Source: Fibrobacteria bacterium (lineage in GTDB: Bacteria > Fibrobacterota > Fibrobacteria > UBA11236 > JADFYW01). Taken from it: 64,000 nt of DNA. The stretch lies in assembly GCA_050294405.1 (NCBI GenBank), contig JBNKOC010000012.1, forward strand, positions 160,001 through 224,000, in the 5' to 3' direction. Positions 1-9,984 of the stretch are shown here, piece after piece; positions within the stretch are counted from its first letter, which is position 1; every line of letters starts with the position of its first letter. Under the pieces are notes generated by a model that was not told the DNA's origin, ran no database searches, and was given only the letters and a program-made list of their open reading frames with translations. The position numbers and the translations under genes are program-made.

Positions 1-9
1 AAAATCACT

Positions 10-1053
10 ATGAGCACTTTTGAAAACACCAAAATATCCGAAAAAGAAAGGCTGATTTTAACGGCTATTATTCAGGAATATATTAGTGGTGGGGCAGCTG
101 TTTCCTCTAAATTAATTTCTGAATTACCGGGTATAAACGCCTCAAGCGCAACCGTTCGCAATATCATGATGCGTCTGGAAAAATTGGGCTTTTTGGAACA
201 AAAGCATACCTCAGGGGGAAGGCAACCCACGGATTTGGGATATCGCTATTATATTGATTTTTTAGTGCATCTTTCCGAACTCAGTGAAATAGAAAAGGGT
301 TTTTTAAAATCTCAATTGATCTTAACGGAACCCGAAAAAGAAATCTGGCACCTTACTTCCCAGGTTTTAAGCCAAATTACGAATTCAGTAGGCATAGCCG
401 TTTCTCCTTTTGCCCTGAAAATGGGCGTGCTTCAGCAAATAAATTTGGTGCCTTTGGCCGAAGGCAAGGTAATGGTAGTGATATCCATATCGGGAGGGCT
501 GGTTCGATCCATGCTTGTAGAATTAAGTGTGGATATTCCTCTTAACTTGCTGGAAAAGATAAATCGGGCTTTAAACGAAAAATTAGCCGGAAAAGATGTT
601 TCAAAATTAAACGATTTTGTTATTTCTGGCTTACAGTACGATTTCAAGCCAGATTTCCACCAGCCCATTCGGATTTTTAGCCGTTCTATTTTGAAACTAT
701 TCCAAGCGGAGGAATACGAAGGAGTCCATGTTTCCGGCACCCAGAATATGCTGAAACCCCAAAATTTTGATAAAATCGAGGATTTAGAAGGGATAATTGA
801 GCTTCTGGAAAATAAAAAAACATTGGTACACTTCTTGCAATCACGGGAAACCAGAAAGGATGTCTTGGTTACTATAGGACGAGAGCATAACCAGCAGTTG
901 TTTAAAACTCACTCGGTAATTACCTCGACCTATAACTACAAAGGCGTTCAGGGAACTATTGGAGTGATTGGCCCCACCCGAATGGATTATCCCAAGTTGA
1001 TGTCTGTGGTTGGATATGCAGCCAGACTTATAACACAACAGGGTCAGAGTTAG
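10..1053 (+). CDS. hrcA: Heat-inducible transcription repressor HrcA
   Basis: Motifs SSATVRNIM, HTSGGRQPTDLGYRYY and GVIGPTRMDY; first gene before grpE-dnaK-dnaJ. Confidence 0.97.
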   Translation: MSTFENTKISEKERLILTAIIQEYISGGAAVSSKLISELPGINASSATVRNIMMRLEKLGFLEQKHTSGGRQPTDLGYRYYIDFLVHLSELSEIEKGFLKSQLILTEPEKEIWHLTSQVLSQITNSVGIAVSPFALKMGVLQQINLVPLAEGKVMVVISISGGLVRSMLVELSVDIPLNLLEKINRALNEKLAGKDVSKLNDFVISGLQYDFKPDFHQPIRIFSRSILKLFQAEEYEGVHVSGTQNMLKPQNFDKIEDLEGIIELLENKKTLVHFLQSRETRKDVLVTIGREHNQQLFKTHSVITSTYNYKGVQGTIGVIGPTRMDYPKLMSVVGYAARLITQQGQS

Positions 1054-1061
1054 GAAATTTA

Positions 1062-1682
1062 ATGGATAAAACCACAGATATGGCACAGGAAAAAGAGAAA
1101 GATAAGGTGGAATTCAGCGCCGAAGAAAAATTGGAAGAGCAGTTGGAAACAGCTGAGGAGGAAGTTGAGGTAAAAGTTTCTGAGGAAGATGTAAAGGAAG
1201 AGGATTCTTCTGAAGAGAAAGAAGAAACAGCCTCTGATTCCGATAGCAAATACAAAGAATTAAACGACAAATATGTAAGATTGTATGCTGAGTTTGAAAA
1301 TTTCAGAAGGCGTTCTGCCAGAGAAGCAATGGAAACCCATCAAAATGCAAGCGTCAAGCTCATTGAAAAATTGCTTCCCACATTGCTTGATTTCGAGAGG
1401 GCTTTTAATGCCAACTCCGAAGGCCAGGCAAAAGAAGATTTTAAAGCAGGCATTAAAATGATTTTCAATAATTTTAAGGATGTTTTGGAAGATGCCGGAT
1501 TAGAAGAAATCAATCCCGAGGGAGAAGAATTCGATCCCAATCTTCACGAAGCATTAATGCAACAATTTCACGACACTGTGGAAGAAGATCACATCGTTCA
1601 GGTTTTTGAAAAGGGGTTCAAAGTAAACTCCAAAATTATCAAACATGCGAAGGTTATAACATCTAAAGGTAAAGAGGGTTAA
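1062..1682 (+). CDS. grpE: Nucleotide exchange factor GrpE
   Basis: Acidic N-terminus, [20 protein letters not shown]; lies between hrcA and dnaK. Confidence 0.97.
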   Translation: MDKTTDMAQEKEKDKVEFSAEEKLEEQLETAEEEVEVKVSEEDVKEEDSSEEKEETASDSDSKYKELNDKYVRLYAEFENFRRRSAREAMETHQNASVKLIEKLLPTLLDFERAFNANSEGQAKEDFKAGIKMIFNNFKDVLEDAGLEEINPEGEEFDPNLHEALMQQFHDTVEEDHIVQVFEKGFKVNSKIIKHAKVITSKGKEG

Positions 1683-1684
1683 TT

Positions 1685-3640
1685 ATGGCAAAGATAATAG
1701 GTATCGATTTAGGAACAACCAACTCCTGCGTAGCAGTGATGGAAGGCGGAAAGCCCGTGGTTATTCCCAATGCAGAAGGGGCAAGAACAACTCCCTCCAT
1801 TGTGGCATTTGCAAAAGACAATGAAAGATTGGTGGGCCAGGTAGCCAAGCGTCAGGCCATTACCAATCCGGAAAAAACAATTTATTCCATTAAGCGTTTT
1901 ATGGGCCGTCGTCATAAGGAAGTACAAGAAGACGAAAAAAGAGTTCCTTATAAATTAGCCGGCGCCAGCGACGAAATGGTTATGGTGGATATTGATGGAA
2001 AGAGATACACTCCTCCTGAAATTTCTGCCATTGTACTGCAGAACCTGAAAAAAACAGCTGAAGATTATTTAGGAGAGACAGTAACTCAAGCCGTCATTAC
2101 CGTTCCTGCTTACTTCAACGATAGCCAACGCCAGGCCACTAAAGATGCCGGTAAAATTGCGGGTCTTGAAGTTTTGCGTATTGTAAACGAGCCCACTGCA
2201 GCCTCTCTCGCTTATGGGTTGGAAAAACAACACAACCAAACCATTGCCGTGTACGATTTGGGCGGCGGTACTTTTGATATTTCCATTCTGGAAATTGGCG
2301 ACGGTGTGTTTGAAGTGAAGTCCACCAATGGAGATACCCAATTAGGCGGAGATGACTTTGATGCTGCCGTTATGAACTGGATTTACAGCGAATTCAAAAG
2401 CTCTAACGGTATTGATTTATCCAATGACAAAATGGCCGTTCAGAGAATTAAAGAAGCTGCTGAAAAAGCAAAAATCGAATTGTCCGGAACAACCAGTACA
2501 AACATCAACCTGCCTTTTATCACTGCCGATGCTTCCGGTCCTAAACATCTGGATTTAACATTGACCAGAGCAAAATTTGAGCAGCTTACAGAAGAGCTGG
2601 TTAAACGCACCATTACTCCTTGCGCTGCAGCTTTAAAAGACGCAGGGCTGGATCTTTCAGAAATTACGGAAGTGGTATTGGTAGGTGGTTCAACCAGAAT
2701 CCCCGCAGTTCAAAAAGCCGTGGAAGAATTTTTCAAAAAACCCGCGCACAAAGGGGTAAACCCTGATGAAGTAGTGGCCATCGGTGCGGCCATTCAAGCT
2801 GGCGTTCTGGCCGGTGACGATGCGGTTAAAGATGTGTTGCTTTTGGATGTAACGCCCCTTTCTTTGGGAATTGAAACCCTGGGCGGCGTTATGACCAAGT
2901 TGATTGAAAAAAACAGCACTATTCCCACCCGGAAAAGTCAGATTTTTTCAACTGCTGAAGACAACCAGCCTGCTGTTAGCATACATGTGCTTCAAGGAGA
3001 ACGGGAAATGGCCCGCCACAATAGAACATTGGGCCGCTTTGAATTAACGGATATTCCCCCGGCTCCACGTGGAATTCCACAAATTGAGGTGACTTTTGAT
3101 ATTGATGCCAATGGCATTGTAAATGTAAGCGCCAAGGACAAATCCACTGGCAAGGAACAAAAAATCAAAATTGAAGCTTCTTCCGGGTTGACTGAAGAGG
3201 AAATTCAAAGAATGGTGAAAGAAGCCGAAGCCAATGCCGAAAGCGATAAGCAGGAAAAAGAAAAAGTGGAAGTTAAAAATCAGTCTGAACAAATGATTTA
3301 CTCCACCGAAAAACTTATCAAGGAACATGGCGACAAGGTGAGCGCTGAAGAAAAGAAAACTCTGGAAGCTGCCTTGGAAGATTTAAAAAAGGCCAAAGAT
3401 TCCGGCAATACGGATGACATGAAAGCTGCCCTTAAAAAGGTGGAAGAGTCCAGTCACAAACTTTCGGAAGCTATGTATAAATCTGCGGCGGAAGCCCAGG
3501 GTGCCGCAGGCGCCCAAGCTGGCCCAGGAGGTCCTCAGCCCGGAGCAGATGCTGGCGCCAACGGGGCAGAAAAGCCCAAAGACGCCGGAGCTGTGGATGC
3601 AGATTATGAAGTGGTGGACGAAGAAGAGGAAAAGAAATAG
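1685..3640 (+). CDS. dnaK: Chaperone DnaK (Hsp70)
   Basis: [32 protein letters not shown] and a C-terminal DADYEVV. Confidence 0.99.
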   Translation: MAKIIGIDLGTTNSCVAVMEGGKPVVIPNAEGARTTPSIVAFAKDNERLVGQVAKRQAITNPEKTIYSIKRFMGRRHKEVQEDEKRVPYKLAGASDEMVMVDIDGKRYTPPEISAIVLQNLKKTAEDYLGETVTQAVITVPAYFNDSQRQATKDAGKIAGLEVLRIVNEPTAASLAYGLEKQHNQTIAVYDLGGGTFDISILEIGDGVFEVKSTNGDTQLGGDDFDAAVMNWIYSEFKSSNGIDLSNDKMAVQRIKEAAEKAKIELSGTTSTNINLPFITADASGPKHLDLTLTRAKFEQLTEELVKRTITPCAAALKDAGLDLSEITEVVLVGGSTRIPAVQKAVEEFFKKPAHKGVNPDEVVAIGAAIQAGVLAGDDAVKDVLLLDVTPLSLGIETLGGVMTKLIEKNSTIPTRKSQIFSTAEDNQPAVSIHVLQGEREMARHNRTLGRFELTDIPPAPRGIPQIEVTFDIDANGIVNVSAKDKSTGKEQKIKIEASSGLTEEEIQRMVKEAEANAESDKQEKEKVEVKNQSEQMIYSTEKLIKEHGDKVSAEEKKTLEAALEDLKKAKDSGNTDDMKAALKKVEESSHKLSEAMYKSAAEAQGAAGAQAGPGGPQPGADAGANGAEKPKDAGAVDADYEVVDEEEEKK

Positions 3641-3648
3641 AAATTTGA

Positions 3649-3697
3649 GCCAAGGGACAGCACGTTTTAATACGGCGTCCCTTGGCGCCTTTTCTTT
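3649..3697 (+). terminator. Stem-loop between dnaK and dnaJ (terminator or attenuator)
   Basis: 10-bp inverted repeat GCCAAGGGAC (3649-3658) / GTCCCTTGGC (3677-3686), followed by a T-rich run. Confidence 0.55.
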
Positions 3698-3744
3698 CAT
3701 GGTTAAAAATTCAATTGTAAACAAGTTATATTGAGGACCCCACT

Positions 3745-4866
3745 ATGGCCGATAAAAGAGATTATTACGAAGTTTTGGGGGTGCCCAAAGATGCAGACAA
3801 AGCGCAGCTAAAAGCCGCTTATAAAAAACTTGCCATTAAATATCATCCGGATAAAAACCCAGGCAATAAAGAAGCAGAAGACAAGTTTAAAGAAGCTGCG
3901 GAAGCGTATGATGTATTAAACGATCCTCAAAAGCGTCAGCAATACGATCAATTTGGTCACGCCGGAATGCAGGGCATGGGCGGCGGAGCCGGATTCAGTA
4001 ACTTTGAAGATATATTCAGCTCCTTCGGAGATATCTTTGGGGATTTTTTTGGCGGTGGCGGCAGAAGCCGGCGTCGTGGCCCTTCCGGGCCTCCCCGCGG
4101 TGAAGATTTACAGGTTAAGTTACCGTTAACCTTGCAGGAAATAGCCAAAGGCGTCAGCAAAAAAATAAAACTCAAGCGCTACAACAAATGCGGTTCCTGC
4201 CATGGACAAGGTGGTAGCGGAAAGCAAAATTGTCCCACTTGTGGCGGAGTGGGTCAAGTTCGCCAAACCCAAAATTCCATTTTTGGAACTATGGTTAATG
4301 TGACTACCTGTCCCGACTGTCAGGGCATAGGCACATCTATTCGCAACAAGTGCCCTGATTGCTATGGACAGGGTCGCGTCATGGAACAAGTTACCATTTC
4401 CATTGATATACCCAAGGGCGTTGCTGAAGGAAATTACATCACTTTGCGAGGTGAAGGCCACAGGGGAATACATGGTGGCGCTCCCGGCGATTTGTTAGCC
4501 ATTATTTTAGAAAAAGAAGATCCTTACTTTGAGCGCAAAGGCAATGATGTGTATTGCACAGTTGAGGTCCAGTACACCACGGTCGCCCTCGGTGGGGAGA
4601 TTCGCGTAAAAACTATTGATGGCGAAGTGGATTTGAAAATTCCTGCCGGAACTCAATCTGAAAAAATGTTAAGGCTAAGAAGCAAAGGTTTGCCGGATTT
4701 GAACACAGGCCACAGTGGTGATCAGTATGTTAAAATCCATGTGTTCACCAACAGCTCTTTGAGCGCAAGAGAAAAAGAATTGCTCCGTGAACTGGATGAA
4801 ATCCAAAGGGAAAATACCAGCGACGGATCTTTCTTTTCAAAAGCCAAGAATTTTTTTAGTTCATAA
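3745..4866 (+). CDS. dnaJ: Chaperone DnaJ
   Basis: J-domain with HPD, G/F-rich region, four CxxCxGxG motifs. Confidence 0.98.
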   Translation: MADKRDYYEVLGVPKDADKAQLKAAYKKLAIKYHPDKNPGNKEAEDKFKEAAEAYDVLNDPQKRQQYDQFGHAGMQGMGGGAGFSNFEDIFSSFGDIFGDFFGGGGRSRRRGPSGPPRGEDLQVKLPLTLQEIAKGVSKKIKLKRYNKCGSCHGQGGSGKQNCPTCGGVGQVRQTQNSIFGTMVNVTTCPDCQGIGTSIRNKCPDCYGQGRVMEQVTISIDIPKGVAEGNYITLRGEGHRGIHGGAPGDLLAIILEKEDPYFERKGNDVYCTVEVQYTTVALGGEIRVKTIDGEVDLKIPAGTQSEKMLRLRSKGLPDLNTGHSGDQYVKIHVFTNSSLSAREKELLRELDEIQRENTSDGSFFSKAKNFFSS

Positions 4867-4900
4867 TACATATGGGCTTTAACGACCTGCGGATATTCCC

Positions 4901-6262
4901 GTGAAAGTATTAATCATAGATGACAGTTCGGAGGAAATTCTTAACATCCTCCAGGGTTGGTCTGTGCCCGATACGGAAGTGGTTCACAGTTCAGGTGGCC
5001 CTGGGGCCATTAATTACATTACCAAGGGCGATTTGGGTGCGGTATTTATATCCACTGAATATTTTACCATTCAAAATCTGGACATACTGAATCTTATAAA
5101 AGAGAAAAATTCCGGAGTGGAAATTTTCATTATTTCTGACCGGGACAATACCGAACAAGCTGAAAAGGCCTTGAGCCGAGGTGCCCATTCCATACTAACC
5201 CGTCCCCTAAAGCTGGAATTATTTGAAAGTGTGGTTCGGAAAACCATGGTCCGAGCTCTTACCCGCGCAAACCACCGGGAATTAGAAGAGCATTTAATGA
5301 TCGACTTACTGGGATCCACACCGGCCATGGATAAAATTTTAAATACCCTAACTAAAGTGGCGCCTACAAACAGCAGTATTTTGGTGGAAGGGGAAACCGG
5401 TACAGGTAAAGAATTTTTAGCCAACTTAATCCACCGCATGTCCAACAGGCAGGACGAACCTTTTATTGCTGTAAATTGTGCGGCTATTCCCGAATCTCTA
5501 ATCGAAGCCGAATTATTTGGCTCTAAAAAAGGATCTTTTACAGGGGCCATAAGCGATAGAAGAGGGCTTTTTGAAGAAGCGGATAACGGTACGCTTTTTT
5601 TAGATGAAATTGGTGATTTGCCCCAATCTATGCAGGTAAAGCTGCTGCGATTTTTACAGGAAAAAGAAATTCGCAGAATTGGGGAAAATGAAAGCAAAAT
5701 TGTGGATGTGCGGGTGATTGCCGCTACCAATGTGAATCTGATTAAATCGGTAAAAGAGGGAAAGTTTCGGGAGGATTTATTCTATCGGCTTAACGTCTTT
5801 CATTTTAATATCCCTCCACTAAGAGAAAGAAAGGCCAATATTCCCCATATGATTCGCTATTTTGTGAAAAAATACTCAAAAGAGGCTCAGCGACATATAA
5901 AGGGAATAGCCAAAGAGGCCGAGCATTTTTTAATGAATTATGATTATCCGGGAAATATCCGGGAATTGGAAAATATTATTGAACACGCTGTGGTTATGTG
6001 TGATGGGGAGTACATTTTAATTTCCCACTTGCCAGAAAAATTGGTAAGCGCCCATCAAAATTTTGAGCGCTTGGCCCTTCCCAAGTCCAATAATGTAAAT
6101 GATGCCCCCAGCAACATTAAAACCCTTTCCCAGCTGGAAAAAGATTATATAATCCAAACATTGCAGTTTTTTAACAACAACCAAACTGAAGTTGCCAAAA
6201 AATTGGGCATTTCCCGATCCACTCTTTGGCGTAAAATCAAAGAGCATCAAATTTCTCTCTAG
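4901..6262 (+). CDS. Sigma54-dependent enhancer-binding protein (REC-like, AAA+, Fis HTH) with a degenerate receiver
   Basis: GETGTGKE, ELFG, GSFTGA, LFLDEIG, FREDLFYRLN, PGNIRELEN and C-terminal LGISRSTLWRK; GTG start. Confidence 0.93.
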   Translation: MKVLIIDDSSEEILNILQGWSVPDTEVVHSSGGPGAINYITKGDLGAVFISTEYFTIQNLDILNLIKEKNSGVEIFIISDRDNTEQAEKALSRGAHSILTRPLKLELFESVVRKTMVRALTRANHRELEEHLMIDLLGSTPAMDKILNTLTKVAPTNSSILVEGETGTGKEFLANLIHRMSNRQDEPFIAVNCAAIPESLIEAELFGSKKGSFTGAISDRRGLFEEADNGTLFLDEIGDLPQSMQVKLLRFLQEKEIRRIGENESKIVDVRVIAATNVNLIKSVKEGKFREDLFYRLNVFHFNIPPLRERKANIPHMIRYFVKKYSKEAQRHIKGIAKEAEHFLMNYDYPGNIRELENIIEHAVVMCDGEYILISHLPEKLVSAHQNFERLALPKSNNVNDAPSNIKTLSQLEKDYIIQTLQFFNNNQTEVAKKLGISRSTLWRKIKEHQISL

Positions 6263-6353
6263 CTTAACTCTTGGGAAAGTTGGGACTTTGATTGAATTTT
6301 AGTTCCCAATATTTTATCCTATTGTGTACACCGGAAATTAGAGGAAGGAAAAA

Positions 6354-7913
6354 ATGGCCAGGGTTGGCGAACTTTATGACTCCAAATACGCCGTGGATGA
6401 GGAATTTAATCCGGGCAGTGTGGGTCAATCCTATTTGTGTCGGTCAGAAATCTGGCCCGACAAAAAATTGGTTTTAAAAACGATTCATTCAGATTTTTTG
6501 CATATGCCCGGGTTTAGCCAATCTTTTGGGTTGGTTGCCAAATCATTGGCCAATTTAAAAATACCTCAATTGGTGCAGGTTCTGGAGCTGGGAAAATACA
6601 ACGGGGAACTTTACTATGTATCTCCCTTTATTGAAGGTAAAAGTTTAAGACGGTGGATGAAAGAAACCTTAAACTTTGAAGAGCGAATATTAACGGGTTT
6701 GGAAACATTAAAAAAGCTTTCTCAATTGTTAAAGAAAATGGAGGAGGCCAATTGTTTTGCCTTTTTAAAACCCGAAAACATTATTCTCAATGATGGCCAG
6801 GTCTATTTGAAGGAATTTTGGATTGCCGGTTATATACCTGTAAGCTTTTTTGAAAAAAATGTGGCGGCTGCCCATTATCTTCCCTATGTTGCTCCTGAAC
6901 TAAAAGAAGATTGGGGCTCTAATACTCCATCTGGACATTGTTATGCTTTAGGCGCCATGTTATATGAAATATTGGTTGGGAAAGCTCCCTTGGGCAAAAT
7001 TAAACTGCCTAGTGCTTTTTCCAATATTTACAATCGGGATGTGGATAATATCATTTTAAGTTTTCTTGCGAAAAACCCTTCGCAGCGGATTTATCGCTTA
7101 GAAGATATTCAAAAAGCCCTTAACCATTTGCTTTTAACTTTTATTCCCACAAAAAATAAAAGGCCGGATATTGAAGATGAATGGCATGAACAATCTTTAG
7201 GGGAGAGCGTATCGGTTTCACACATGTCCCATGCTCCAAATAACAATGGCAAAATGGAATCAGGCGTTATGCCAAAGCAGCAATCCCCTTCTGCTTTAGA
7301 TTCCATGAGGGCTATGGAAGATGATTTTGAAAATGAAGAAGATGATATCGACACTCAGGTTATCGATCACCTTGCTTTAAAAAAACAGTTAAAAGAGCAG
7401 GATTCAGTTATTGAACCATATCTGCCTGAAGAAGATAGCGCTGTTACTGAAATAGCTTCTTCTCCCCCGGAAGAACCAAAAATAATGCCTCCACAGCTAA
7501 ATCTGCGCAAGAGTGAAACTCAAAATGAGGCTCCTGGGCCAAAGCGGAATGATAACAAGGCATTTGCAGTAGAAAAACCAACATCCAGGCCAGATTCTAA
7601 ACTCCAAAAAAAGGCGGGTAAAATGGAAGAGGATGATCCTTACTCTGAAACCCAGGAAGAAGTGTATACCAGTCCTCTTGAAGATACGGTGGTGGAAAAA
7701 GCTGCGGTAAACAAACCTGCGCCGGATATCCTTCGCAATCAAAAAAAACAGCCTAAACCTTCTCTTCCTAAAATGGATACAGAAATTGAGGAAGAAGAGG
7801 AGGAGGAGCCAAAAGTTCCCACTGCAGTTAAAATAATTTTAGCTCTTGCCGGAGTAATTATTGTTGGCGGGGCTATATTCTTAGGTTTTTCCCAGGCGGT
7901 TTCATGGAAATAA
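6354..7913 (+). CDS. Hanks-type kinase-like protein (probable pseudokinase) with acidic linker and C-terminal TM helix
   Basis: VLK, LKPENI, YVAPE and YALGAMLYE motifs; HRD and DFG replaced; hydrophobic IILALAGVIIVGGAIFLGF at the C-terminus. Confidence 0.8.
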   Translation: MARVGELYDSKYAVDEEFNPGSVGQSYLCRSEIWPDKKLVLKTIHSDFLHMPGFSQSFGLVAKSLANLKIPQLVQVLELGKYNGELYYVSPFIEGKSLRRWMKETLNFEERILTGLETLKKLSQLLKKMEEANCFAFLKPENIILNDGQVYLKEFWIAGYIPVSFFEKNVAAAHYLPYVAPELKEDWGSNTPSGHCYALGAMLYEILVGKAPLGKIKLPSAFSNIYNRDVDNIILSFLAKNPSQRIYRLEDIQKALNHLLLTFIPTKNKRPDIEDEWHEQSLGESVSVSHMSHAPNNNGKMESGVMPKQQSPSALDSMRAMEDDFENEEDDIDTQVIDHLALKKQLKEQDSVIEPYLPEEDSAVTEIASSPPEEPKIMPPQLNLRKSETQNEAPGPKRNDNKAFAVEKPTSRPDSKLQKKAGKMEEDDPYSETQEEVYTSPLEDTVVEKAAVNKPAPDILRNQKKQPKPSLPKMDTEIEEEEEEEPKVPTAVKIILALAGVIIVGGAIFLGFSQAVSWK

Positions 7914-8248
7914 CTGTAGCCGGTTTAGATGAACTTGCCATTGGTGGGACTATTAGCTTTGACATACCAGGTCCCAGAAAAGGCAGAACCGGTTTTATTA
8001 TCAACACTTCAGAAGGTTATAAGGCTTATTACAATAAATGTATGCATTGGCCAGTTCCCCTGGATATGGATGACGGAGAATTTTACCATCAAAGAACTGG
8101 CAAAATTATTTGCAAGACCCACGGGGCCGTATACACTCCTGAAACTGGCTTTTGCGAAGGGGGCCCTTGTCAGGGAGCCTTTTTAAAAAAATTTGGGGTT
8201 GATGTATCTGGGGGTAGGGCCGTGGTAACCGTGCCGGATGATTTGTAG
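7904..8248 (+). CDS. Rieske [2Fe-2S] ferredoxin
   Basis: CMH...CKTHGA Rieske motifs and GPC. Confidence 0.9.
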   Translation: MEITVAGLDELAIGGTISFDIPGPRKGRTGFIINTSEGYKAYYNKCMHWPVPLDMDDGEFYHQRTGKIICKTHGAVYTPETGFCEGGPCQGAFLKKFGVDVSGGRAVVTVPDDL

Positions 8249-8339
8249 GAATATTAAGCCATCCCCATCCTGTTAAAAAATTAAAAGTTGTTTTTGGTCA
8301 ACTTGAATACCAAATATTATTTCGTATAGGGTCACAGTT

Positions 8340-8777
8340 TTAAATCAATTGATATTTATAGTCTTCATTTTCGAATGGCAATTCTAAACTCCACCTTGTG
8401 GCATCAATAAAAATCTTTTTTTTGTCTCGGTATTCGTCAGACTTTACATCGGATTTTTGGAAAATTAAATTATTTAGTTCCATTATCGAATCAATCACCC
8501 TGGGGGGCGAAACAAGTAATATAGTATTTACAGCCATAATATAATTTGAGCGGCATTTTTTATCTGTCAGACCACCTACTTCCAGCTGTGAGAGTGCAAT
8601 AAATAAATTTTTATAATTTCTAAATTTATGCAATTGAAGTGCAGCCTTGCGCTCTGCACGTTTTGTGAGGAAAAACAAAATAGCAGCAGTTAAGAAACTT
8701 ATAATTCCTGAAATTATGGTAAGAAACATTCCAGTTCCTTGGGGCATAATAGTTAAACAACAATTTGAGCAGGTCAT
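8340..8777 (-). CDS. Hypothetical protein with one N-terminal hydrophobic helix
   Basis: ORF directly downstream of 8792..9715; hydrophobic FLTIISGIISFLTAAILFFL; start uncertain (ATG at 8777, 8747 or 8729). Confidence 0.55.
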   Translation of the reverse strand: MTCSNCCLTIMPQGTGMFLTIISGIISFLTAAILFFLTKRAERKAALQLHKFRNYKNLFIALSQLEVGGLTDKKCRSNYIMAVNTILLVSPPRVIDSIMELNNLIFQKSDVKSDEYRDKKKIFIDATRWSLELPFENEDYKYQLI

Positions 8778-8791
8778 ATATAAACTTTGGT

Positions 8792-9715
8792 TTAAGCGGA
8801 CATAGAGGCGTGTATATGGTTTCCTTCGTAATACACCCACTCAAACCCTACATTTACCGCCAATCGTCCGAGCATACCTAATCTGTCATTTTTGACTGGA
8901 AAAGTGGTTAAATCTACTGAGCGTCCCTCATAATGTAAGCTATTTATAGAATGTTCGTTGTTCTCATCCCAGGCTTCAGTTACCCTAAGTTTAACACTAT
9001 TCCAATATTTATGGACCTCTACCGATAGAGCATTTAATTTGCTAGAAACTTTTTTTGTCATGTACCTATCAGCATCGGTCCCCTCCTCATTTTTAAATAC
9101 AATATCTGGATTCGTATTTTTAACTAGTTTGTTGAATTCAGGTGAATTTCTGGTGATTTTCTTTGCAAGAGGTCCAACAGTAGATGTTTCCGATTTAGAA
9201 GGAATATGTTCTCCATTTTGTAATGGTGTGTTTTCTACATAGATTAATTTGTTCCCCATGGCATTTTTCCACTCAATTACATAATCTTCAGCCGGACGCT
9301 TGCCAGAAACATTGTAATATTTTTTCCAATATTTAGACATTGTAGGAATATCATTTAGATTGGGTATGCTTTCGGATACCCGTTTGTAATGAATCCTTGC
9401 CATAGCTGCCCCATATTTGTCATTTAGTTTTAACTCATTTAATTTATCATCGGATGTTAATAATAAGGTGAGTTTATCCCGTAATGGTTTGCGATATTTT
9501 AAATAATTATTCCAAATATCATTGTGCGTATTGGGCTCCATTTGAAAAAAACCAAGTGCAGGTCCGCCCCCTAACTGCTCTCTATATTTCAGGGCGCTTT
9601 CAACAATTGCGGTGCCTAGTAAAAGCTGTGCAGCATTTTCTGAAAATAGGTCGATTGCACGAAGGGCAGGTTCTATTTCATCTAATAAAAATTTTTGGTA
9701 CTTATTTTTTGCCAT
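8792..9715 (-). CDS. Fusion of a lysozyme-like N-terminal domain and a Hedgehog N-terminal signalling-like (Hh/DD-peptidase, Zn) domain
   Basis: N-terminal [21 protein letters not shown] and YWKKYYN; C-terminal [53 protein letters not shown] and HIH match Hedgehog blocks. Confidence 0.88.
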   Translation of the reverse strand: MAKNKYQKFLLDEIEPALRAIDLFSENAAQLLLGTAIVESALKYREQLGGGPALGFFQMEPNTHNDIWNNYLKYRKPLRDKLTLLLTSDDKLNELKLNDKYGAAMARIHYKRVSESIPNLNDIPTMSKYWKKYYNVSGKRPAEDYVIEWKNAMGNKLIYVENTPLQNGEHIPSKSETSTVGPLAKKITRNSPEFNKLVKNTNPDIVFKNEEGTDADRYMTKKVSSKLNALSVEVHKYWNSVKLRVTEAWDENNEHSINSLHYEGRSVDLTTFPVKNDRLGMLGRLAVNVGFEWVYYEGNHIHASMSA

Positions 9716-9984
9716 GAGCTATCCTTGGATTTTCCATTAATTTTCAAGTTTAAGAATCAAAATATAGTGCAAGCTTTATTACATGTCCAGCAATTTGATT
9801 TTTTAATGACAATTATGGACAAAATCCAATTAAGGTTCAATTATTGCTTCATGTTGTATGTACAATCTAATTAATTAAGACCTTTTTCAAGTAAAAAAAC
9901 AAATTGATTTGAAAACCTTATTACATTTTTCATTGTTAACTTAACTTTCACTATTAAACAATCAATTTTAGGTCGGGGTGAAAT

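Noticed and set aside
1..1700. CIRCE operator for HrcA
   Set aside because: No TTAGCACTC-N9-GAGTGCTAA seen; the hrcA promoter lies outside the window
5071..5730. 219-aa antisense ORF, and the many similar antisense ORFs over dnaK, tssA-C, clpV and rpoN
   Set aside because: Shadow frames of well-supported genes, with Ser-rich non-protein-like composition
8792..9229. Eukaryotic contamination as the source of the Hedgehog-like sequence
   Set aside because: Intronless, fused in frame to a bacterial/phage-type domain, AT-rich like its neighbours, and lacking signal peptide and Hint domain; read-level confirmation is still advisable
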